A stretch of 55,271 bases of DNA from positions 1 to 55,271 of IMG/VR virus record IMGVR_UViG_3300046804_000671. One strand, given 5' to 3'. How positions within the stretch are numbered: the stretch's first letter is position 1; the number at the start of each line of letters is the position of its first letter. The position numbers and the translations under genes were made by a program. Shown here one piece after another: positions 48,983-55,271 of this stretch. Under the pieces are notes generated by a model. It saw nothing but the letters and a program-made list of their open reading frames with translations. It searched no databases and was not told the origin of the DNA. Source of the stretch: a virus (Duplodnaviria; Caudoviricetes).

Positions 48983-49840
48983 CTAGATGTAGGCGGACAC
49001 CTTGTTCAGAATATCACGCGCAGTCTGAGCGGCGGCGATGCGGCTGCTCTGGTTCTCGCGCAGATCATCAGATGTAATGGTGGCAAGGTCATGCTTGATC
49101 TGCATGGCAATGCCGTCAATGTCAGGATTGTTGGTGATGTTAAGCTTGGGCAGAATGTCAGCGAGGTCACTGATGTTGCTCATCATGGACTCACGGATAC
49201 CCTTGCCATCGTTGGCTTCCACCTCCTTGAGACGCTTGAGCATGTGTTCCATACGCATGGACACACGCTGAAACACATCACGCACAGCGTTGTCCTGTGC
49301 CTCCGAAAGATTCTGTTCGATCTCCTGCTTGGTGGATTGGAACTCCGACTCAGACAGGGAGACACGGAAGTCATTGGAGTCAGGCAGATTGAACACACGC
49401 ACATTGAAGGCATGCTTGCGGCGGATGCTTTCCGCGCTCGGGTAATCAGACTCCTTGAACAGACCATTGAGATCGAGGCGAGCCTGCTTGACCAGAGCAT
49501 CATACTCCACAAGCAACTTCTCCACAGCCTGATTGAACTGGCTGCGGTACTCAGACATACGCTGCACATATTCCAGATAGATATCCACGGGGATGATGCG
49601 GATACCATCGTTAAGCCAAGGCAGGGTGACGCTCATGGTATAGTTACGAGCGTTGCCTGCGATGCTGGTGATATCCTTAAGAGAGATAGGGTTCACCAGA
49701 ATCTTGTTGAAGCGACCGGCGCGAGAGGCGTCGGTGCCGTGGTTCTGTGCAACTTCAGCGGTCGCATCCTTGTCGTACTTGCGCCCCGACCAAGCAGAGA
49801 TCGAGAGAGCAACGAGCATAGCCTTTTCACTGATATTCAT
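48983..49840 (-). CDS. DUF3150-like helical protein
   Basis: AMLVALSISAWSGRK, TLPW, DYPS; sits between the MoxR and VWA genes. Confidence 0.6.
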   Translation of the reverse strand: MNISEKAMLVALSISAWSGRKYDKDATAEVAQNHGTDASRAGRFNKILVNPISLKDITSIAGNARNYTMSVTLPWLNDGIRIIPVDIYLEYVQRMSEYRSQFNQAVEKLLVEYDALVKQARLDLNGLFKESDYPSAESIRRKHAFNVRVFNLPDSNDFRVSLSESEFQSTKQEIEQNLSEAQDNAVRDVFQRVSMRMEHMLKRLKEVEANDGKGIRESMMSNISDLADILPKLNITNNPDIDGIAMQIKHDLATITSDDLRENQSSRIAAAQTARDILNKVSAYI

Positions 49841-49849
49841 GACAACCTC

Positions 49850-50023
49850 CTAGATGTTACGAAACAGACCGGCCCAATACATAAGGGCGAAAGACAAGAC
49901 AGTCGAGAAGAACGACACATAGAAATTGTATCGTATCGCAGGTTTGGGTGTGTCATGCAAGATGATTACAGACACAAGGTTGACGGTCCATAGGGCGATG
50001 ATCGCCCACTCACCGTAGTTCAT
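49850..50023 (-). CDS. Small membrane protein (57 aa)
   Basis: GGAGG RBS; two hydrophobic segments. Confidence 0.55.
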   Translation of the reverse strand: MNYGEWAIIALWTVNLVSVIILHDTPKPAIRYNFYVSFFSTVLSFALMYWAGLFRNI

Positions 50024-50032
50024 GATGCCTCC

Positions 50033-51049
50033 TTACAGGATCACGTTAGAGAAGGACACGGCCAGATCGATACCAGCCTTGGTCTTCATAAGGTTGGGAT
50101 TACGAGCCTGCATTTCCTTGAGGCAGGAGACGCAGTACTCCTTCTTCTTGAACTCGTCGCTGGAGATACGATTGAGGATGCGACGAACCACATCCATGTT
50201 GCGTGGAGTGGCGTGGTTAGCGACCGCACCCATCAACGCATAGATGGTAGCAGGATCGTTGGCAATACGGACACCCTCAGGATTGTCGAAGATATCCTTG
50301 ATAAGAGGCAGACCAGACGCGATCTTCATGAAACCGTAGAACTCGTTGGTCACACCCTCGCCGTTCAGACCAGTGACCAATGCGCGCTCAGCGTACTGAG
50401 GCAGACCAATGGACAGAACGTCGGACACCTTCTCCCAAGTACGCGGAGAGGCGTTGGCGTACTGAGACGCATCGAACATAGACAGATGATCGGGACGCCA
50501 CTCAAGGTATGCGGTGATCATTGGATTGATATCCCTGCTACCGCAATACGCACGGAAGTCATCACGGTCAGCGACCATCTCGACATGGGCGAGACGATTA
50601 CGAAGATGCGTAGGCATCTCAAATGTACCGGCCTTGTGTTGACGCATGTTGCCAGACAGAACGATGGCAGTGCTATCGGGAAGCTTATGCTCACCAAGCA
50701 CACGATCATGAACGATACGAGACGCAATGTTCTGCATCATCATGACAGCCTGAGGCACCTCGTCCAGATGGAGAAGGGTAGGACGATCCGACTCCTCGAT
50801 CTTACGGATGATATCGCTACGAGACAGACGCATCTCTATACCGTCACGGTAACAATGACCGACAACATCAGGCGCCTCACGCTCAGCGAGGATGACCTGA
50901 ATATAGTTGTAACCTTCCTCCTCTGCGGACTGACCGGCGACCGCAGTCTTGCCGATACCCGGAGCGCCCCAGACCATGGGCACGATGGATTTGCGGCGCA
51001 TGGCGGCCTTGGTAATGTCCTTAATTTCGGTCGGCTTAAGCTTAAGCAT
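50033..51049 (-). CDS. MoxR-like AAA+ ATPase
   Basis: Walker A GAPGIGKT, Walker B LHLDE, SGN, LRNR, SPRTW. Confidence 0.88.
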   Translation of the reverse strand: MLKLKPTEIKDITKAAMRRKSIVPMVWGAPGIGKTAVAGQSAEEEGYNYIQVILAEREAPDVVGHCYRDGIEMRLSRSDIIRKIEESDRPTLLHLDEVPQAVMMMQNIASRIVHDRVLGEHKLPDSTAIVLSGNMRQHKAGTFEMPTHLRNRLAHVEMVADRDDFRAYCGSRDINPMITAYLEWRPDHLSMFDASQYANASPRTWEKVSDVLSIGLPQYAERALVTGLNGEGVTNEFYGFMKIASGLPLIKDIFDNPEGVRIANDPATIYALMGAVANHATPRNMDVVRRILNRISSDEFKKKEYCVSCLKEMQARNPNLMKTKAGIDLAVSFSNVIL

Positions 51050-51050
51050 G

Positions 51051-51548
51051 TCATTTGTCCTTGAAGTTGATGATGACAGGATCGTTGAGGTTTACTTCCA
51101 TCTCGTCAAGAGACTTGTAGTGGAAGTACTGCTCGATGCTACTCTGGTATACGTAGAACTCCTCTGGTTTGCATTCTAGGAATTGCTCTGGGCTGTTGTA
51201 CTTGACGCTGTACCTGTTGCCCTTCTCTCCGCTGATATACGGATCACCTACGTGTCCTTCGTTCTGAATCCTAACCATGGCTAGAGCGCCAAGGATTTTA
51301 CTGTAAACATCAACATCTTTGATGAAGTTACCAATTATGTAACCCCTCCGTATAACTAGATACGGCATCTTGTTGTTGTGCCTCATTGACCTTGCGATCT
51401 GAGCGGGAACGCCTCCTCCCTTTATGATGCCTGTCTTTGCGTAGTTATAAAGCTTTTTCTTCTGCGAAGGACCGAACGAACTTACATCGACCTCCGCGTA
51501 TAGGTTCTTGAGGTGACTCATTACAGAGTCGGAGATATTGTATGACAT
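51051..51548 (-). CDS. Hypothetical protein
   Basis: ORF packed in the early operon. Confidence 0.55.
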   Translation of the reverse strand: MSYNISDSVMSHLKNLYAEVDVSSFGPSQKKKLYNYAKTGIIKGGGVPAQIARSMRHNNKMPYLVIRRGYIIGNFIKDVDVYSKILGALAMVRIQNEGHVGDPYISGEKGNRYSVKYNSPEQFLECKPEEFYVYQSSIEQYFHYKSLDEMEVNLNDPVIINFKDK

Positions 51549-51778
51549 TACAGGCACCTCTCGATGTTGATGAGGCGGCGTGCTGCCCTGCGGTACACAC
51601 CGCCGATGAACCCACCCATGAGCGACAGTTCCTTCAGATCATCAATGATCCAGCGGAGAGCATCGCGCTCGCCCCGCTTGGCTGCCTGCCACACTCGCGG
51701 ATGTACTACACCACGGAAACGCATACGCTCAGAGTAACGTATGTCATGCTTGAAACTGCGGATGCTCTTGATCTGCAC
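51548..51778 (-). CDS. Hypothetical basic protein
   Basis: GTG start; coupled to the next ORF. Confidence 0.5.
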   Translation of the reverse strand: MQIKSIRSFKHDIRYSERMRFRGVVHPRVWQAAKRGERDALRWIIDDLKELSLMGGFIGGVYRRAARRLINIERCL

Positions 51779-51856
51779 CTCTCAACTCCTCTTCCCAACG
51801 GTTACGAACTACAACCAAAGGCACCATGTCTCTGGTCAACTTGCTAAGCATATACA

Positions 51857-51884
51857 ATTATAGCACCTCCATTCTTGGTGTCTA
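51857..51884 (-). promoter_or_regulatory. Candidate early sigma70 promoter
   Basis: TAGACA-N16-TATAAT with extended -10 (TGCTATAAT); TCCAGG just upstream and a degenerate operator-like palindrome downstream. Confidence 0.6.
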
Positions 51885-51908
51885 TAGTTCCAGGAAAATT
51901 TATCTTTA

Positions 51909-52094
51909 TCATCTCAGCTTTTGCACCACCCTTTCCGCTGTTAGTTCGTTGACCATAGTAGAAAGCCTGTCGTGGATGTTCGCCCAGTAGGCTGGTCCTT
52001 CAGGCGTTTCTTTCCAGACGAAGGCAGTCATCAGGTTGTCTCTGGTTTGAGCCAGAAGCTGAAAGCTCGCGTTTTCTCTCCACTTGTACATCAT
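51909..52094 (-). CDS. Hypothetical protein
   Basis: AFVWKETPEGPAYW motif; GGAG RBS. Confidence 0.6.
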   Translation of the reverse strand: MMYKWRENASFQLLAQTRDNLMTAFVWKETPEGPAYWANIHDRLSTMVNELTAERVVQKLR

Positions 52095-52221
52095 TTACTC
52101 CATAAACAGAGTGATCATGAAGATCAGCATCAGGAACGTGTATCCCATGCAGAGATACAGTACCAGAGTCAGGCATTCCTTGATGATATCCATATATTCC
52201 TCCTAGGTTTATGCCGTAAAC

Positions 52222-52458
52222 TCAGACGATGCGGACCTTGATGCCCTTCTGGATGCGGATAGTCACATCCGAGATGACACGCTCACGCTTGATGTGCGGA
52301 CGCTTGGACTTGATGCCGGAATCCATGTCGAGCGCGGATTCCATGACCATGCGGGTGATGCCCGCCATCGAGATTCCCGCCTTGAACGCCTCCTTACGCA
52401 GGCGATTGAACATGCGGGGAGGGAGGGTGTACCCAACGTAGCGATTGCTGTTCTTCAT
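52222..52458 (-). CDS. Putative ribbon-helix-helix DNA-binding protein
   Basis: YVGYTLPPRMFNRLRKEAFKAGISMAGITRMVMESAL fits the RHH pattern; AGGAG RBS. Confidence 0.55.
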   Translation of the reverse strand: MKNSNRYVGYTLPPRMFNRLRKEAFKAGISMAGITRMVMESALDMDSGIKSKRPHIKRERVISDVTIRIQKGIKVRIV

Positions 52459-52468
52459 GACATATCTC

Positions 52469-52669
52469 CTAGTAGTCGTAGTCGATTGGTTCGTCGGTGT
52501 AGTAGTTGTCGTCTGTGAAAATATCGGTACGAAACCTGGATTTCTTAGCCTCCTCGCACTTGTTGCAGACATATCCAATGGGGATGCCGCGAGCATCGTA
52601 TGCCAGCCATGACACCCCATCGCTCTTTCTATGAGGGAACCTTTTGTCTCCGTTGCACTTCCCAACCAT
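52469..52669 (-). CDS. Hypothetical protein
   Basis: YDARGIPIGYVCNKC; acidic C-terminus. Confidence 0.5.
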   Translation of the reverse strand: MVGKCNGDKRFPHRKSDGVSWLAYDARGIPIGYVCNKCEEAKKSRFRTDIFTDDNYYTDEPIDYDY

Positions 52670-52675
52670 TGGGAA

Positions 52676-53017
52676 CTACTCCTTTACAGGGGTTGGTTGA
52701 ATGTACGGGGTGAACGAGGTCCACTTCTTGACTCGCCACCCATGATCCTTGACCCAAAACGGAGCGCCGCCGCCGCTTCGCTTGGATTGACAGAAGGAGA
52801 ACATTGGACTGCCTCCCTTGCTGCCCTTGACGCCGAGGAACTCACGTAGAGCCTTGGCGCAGGGATCACCATACATTTCAGGGGTTTGCAGCAGAGACAC
52901 CACCATCGCGGCACCTCCCCTGCGATATGCGTGCAGGACCGTCAGCAGCGTCTTGTCATAGGCTTTGCCCATGTCAAGGCTGTAGATGTACCTGATCGCG
53001 TTAGGAACATCGCTCAT
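52676..53017 (-). CDS. Hypothetical protein
   Basis: ORF in the early operon; start uncertain. Confidence 0.45.
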   Translation of the reverse strand: MSDVPNAIRYIYSLDMGKAYDKTLLTVLHAYRRGGAAMVVSLLQTPEMYGDPCAKALREFLGVKGSKGGSPMFSFCQSKRSGGGAPFWVKDHGWRVKKWTSFTPYIQPTPVKE

Positions 53018-53236
53018 TTTAGCAATCCCAATAACAGGCGAAGTCACAGTCCACGAAGAAGAACAGGCTGATGTTGTGATCCACGTTCAGATTGGCAGCA
53101 TCATTCAGCCTGCGCCACACACTGGTATAAACCATCATGTCTCACCGCCTTCCAACTTGTGCTTCCCAACCGTTGGGAAGCTTCTCAACCGGAGCCTCGC
53201 TGCATTTGCGAGTTGCATTTCGTCCGATTGTTCTGT

Positions 53237-53265
53237 ATTATCTCATGTTTTATGGTCTTTGTATA
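53237..53265 (-). promoter_or_regulatory. Candidate early promoter divergent from terS
   Basis: TATACA-N17-GATAAT with TG extension; flanked by the inverted repeat ATGTCCAGG-N6-CCTGGACAT. Confidence 0.4.
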
Positions 53266-53343
53266 TATGTCCAGGAAAAAACCTGGACATTTTGACCATA
53301 TATTTTTTTTAACCTAGCGAACGCCTCGCTTTCAAGGTGCCAC

Positions 53344-53796
53344 ATGACCAAACACAAGATGACTATCAAGCAGGAAGACTTTGCAAGATTGGTAGGATAC
53401 GAGGGAGTATCCCAGATTGATGCCTACAGACAGGCATATAACCCAAAGACAAAGTCTCCCACTGCACTAGCCTCAATGGCATATAGATTGTCTATCCATC
53501 CCCTAGTGTCTCAGGCAATCACCAAGTACAGGGATCAGAGAGAACAGGACAAGAAGATTGATGCCGGTACGATTAGAGAACTCCTTCTGAATACCTTGAT
53601 TAGTAAGGTCAAGGAAGCCAAGACGGAATCCAATCAATTAAGGGCAGTGGAATTGCTGGGTAAGACGGAGGATATTGGATTGTTCAAGGAGAGAATTGAA
53701 ACAACGACAGTCAAGTCAAGCGATGATTTGGAAAAGGAATTGAGGGAAAAGTTACACAATCTATTTGGGAAGCCCAAGATTGTTGCAAGTAATTGA
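53344..53796 (+). CDS. terS: Terminase small subunit
   Basis: TIKQEDFAR...DAYRQAY...AYRL..HPLV..AI...RAVELLGK HTH pattern typical of TerS. Confidence 0.75.
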   Translation: MTKHKMTIKQEDFARLVGYEGVSQIDAYRQAYNPKTKSPTALASMAYRLSIHPLVSQAITKYRDQREQDKKIDAGTIRELLLNTLISKVKEAKTESNQLRAVELLGKTEDIGLFKERIETTTVKSSDDLEKELREKLHNLFGKPKIVASN

Positions 53797-54015
53797 TTTG
53801 CCTAGAGATTAGGCAGATCGAGATTATTAGGATTTGTTTTTTATATCTGGTTTGATTGTGGTTGGTTAATGCCGGGAGATTGGGGGATTTTGGTAGGGGG
53901 ATTAGGATTTTGCAGGCAAACGATTTGATTTTTTTATAAAAACCACATCTCCAGGCCTTCCCAACCGTTGGGAAACTGCTATTGAGAATCATTCTCATTC
54001 CTGGACCTAGGCAAC

Positions 54016-54048
54016 AAAAAGCCCCCTAGACCTAAGCCTAGGGGGCTT
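54016..54048 (-). terminator. Rho-independent terminator of the 54053..54676 gene
   Basis: Minus strand: GCCCCCTAG-loop-CTAGGGGGC-TTTTT. Confidence 0.8.
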
Positions 54049-54052
54049 CCTG

Positions 54053-54676
54053 TTACTTCTTAAAGGTGATCACAACCGTGCCATGCTGGGCGCTGTAGAC
54101 CGCCTCGGCCTTCGCCTCGTGGGCCTGCCACAGCAGCAACTCGACAAGCTGGCTGTGACCGCCGGTTGCGGCGGGCGTTTCGGCCAGCGTGGCAATGTGG
54201 GGCCGGTTGTAGTTCATGACCTTGTCGAGCGCCGTTCCCGGCCCCTGTCCGCCCTTGCCCTTCGCCTTGGGCTTGTCAGACTTCTTTTCGGCGGCGTTCA
54301 CTGACTTAATCGATACGCTCGCGAGCGCCTCGCCCTTGCCTTCAATGTCAATCGCCTTGCGGGCGTTCGTGACATAGTTGGAAAGATACTTCTTTGCGCC
54401 CTTCTCATCCGTGCCGCGCTTCTCGGCGACCGCGTCCAGCAACGGGCGCATGGCAAGCTCGCGCTCGCGCCCCTCAACCGTGAGCTTGAAGATCGCCATG
54501 ATGGCGGCCGTAAGCCGCTCGCCGATCTTCGTATAGACGTCGAACGCGGTCGAGTGTTCCAAGAACACTGCGATGGCCGTATCCGACGCCGCCTTGATAG
54601 CAGCGGCACGGTCGACTGGCTTGGCATCCGCAACGGGGATGACCGGAGCAACCTTAGCCTTGATAACCTTTGCCAT
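54053..54676 (-). CDS. Stand-alone early protein (Ala/Lys-rich)
   Basis: AGGAG RBS, own promoter and terminator, GC-rich codons. Confidence 0.7.
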   Translation of the reverse strand: MAKVIKAKVAPVIPVADAKPVDRAAAIKAASDTAIAVFLEHSTAFDVYTKIGERLTAAIMAIFKLTVEGRERELAMRPLLDAVAEKRGTDEKGAKKYLSNYVTNARKAIDIEGKGEALASVSIKSVNAAEKKSDKPKAKGKGGQGPGTALDKVMNYNRPHIATLAETPAATGGHSQLVELLLWQAHEAKAEAVYSAQHGTVVITFKK

Positions 54677-54794
54677 TTGACACTCCTAATGGCTCCCATG
54701 CAAAAAAAACCCGTTCCACGCGCGGGGAGCCAGCGCGGGCAGATGGGGTTTCAGACGATGCATAGAGCGGTCGGCGAATGGAACCGACACGCAC

Positions 54795-54822
54795 ACAGTA
54801 CAGGTACCAGCGGCACGGTCAA
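54795..54822 (-). promoter_or_regulatory. Candidate sigma70 promoter
   Basis: TTGACC-N16-TACTGT on the minus strand. Confidence 0.5.
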
Positions 54823-54868
54823 GGGGGGCTGTGGATTTTTTCCTTCCCAACGGTTGGGAAAAAGTTAA

Positions 54869-55098
54869 TGCGAATCATTCGCAACCTGGAGTCCAGGATG
54901 CAATTGAGAATCATTCTCACTTCCCAACGGTTGGGAAACTGCAATTGATAATCATTCGCAACTCGGCCGTTGATGCAAATGAGAATCATTCGCAACCCGT
55001 TGTCAGGTGCAATTGATAATCATTCGCATATAGATCCAAGATGCAATTGATAATCATTATCACCTGGAGATCCAGGATACGATTAAGAATCATTTGCA
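54869..55098. repeat. Periodic array of 7 Fur-box-like 7-1-7 palindromes
   Basis: TG(A/C)(G/T)AATCATT(C/A)(G/T)CA at 54869, 54905, 54946, 54980, 55014, 55048 and a degenerate copy at 55084; another copy at 53983. Confidence 0.85.
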
Positions 55099-55139
55099 AC
55101 TAGCTGCGGCTGGCTGGTCGTGGGCGCGCTCAGACCGGC

Positions 55140-55271
55140 AGGGGGGGGCGACCCCACCCACCGGCACCCCCCTGTGCGGCAGCGGGTCCCCCGGCGGCAA
55201 GCCACGCCAACTAATCCGCACACCCGGTACCCCCACATATAAAAATTAATTCCCCCAAATAAAAATTATCC
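55140..55271. other. G/C-run-rich non-coding segment, candidate packaging/terminus region
   Basis: GGGGGGG and CCCCCC runs followed by A-tracts, downstream of terS. Role is inferred. Confidence 0.35.

Larger units (their letters stand above)
41287..54937. repeat. Dispersed 17-bp palindrome TTCCCAACNGTTGGGAA (operator-like)
   Basis: Perfect copies at 53163, 53958, 54844 and 54921; one mismatch at 41287 and 52659; degenerate at 51792. Confidence 0.85.

Noticed and set aside
54844-55098. Terminal repeat array as a CRISPR or mini-CRISPR array
   Set aside because: The period is only 34-41 bp, repeats are degenerate, and the intervening pieces are ~10-20 bp and partly repeat each other. No cas operon is present.
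1-55271. Prophage or temperate lifestyle module
   Set aside because: No integrase, att-like tRNA duplication, CI/Cro pair or flanking host genes in the window. The sequence outside the window is unknown.

Overview
A ~55 kb segment of a tailed dsDNA phage with podovirus-like architecture (tail tubular proteins and large internal/ejection proteins, no tape measure). The host is inferred to be a GC-rich proteobacterium, probably alphaproteobacterial. 1-30028 (+) is the virion and lysis operon: Mu gpT-like major capsid, holin plus GH108 endolysin, adaptors, two modular tail fibres, three ejection proteins and a 2475-aa polyvalent protein with a GHKL ATPase. 30029-39387 (-) holds nucleotide metabolism and recombination genes (metallophosphoesterase, class II RNR, dUTPase, SSB, ERF, Cas4-like exonuclease), five tRNAs and a candidate structured RNA. 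39386-43938 (+) holds RusA, a C5 DNA methyltransferase and a primase-helicase. 43935-53140 (-) is an early operon (DnaA-CTD protein, DenV-like glycosylase, GNAT, Gp88, VWA/peptidase and MoxR ATPase), followed by terS and a probable genome-end/packaging region. No terL, portal, DNA polymerase or integrase is visible in the window. The most unusual signal is in the last ~3.4 kb, which interleaves three motif types: a periodic array of Fur-box-like palindromes, a 17-bp operator-like palindrome, and inverted pairs of TCCAGG, although its CCWGG core is almost absent from the rest of the window. All calls come from reading the sequence by eye; no searches were run.
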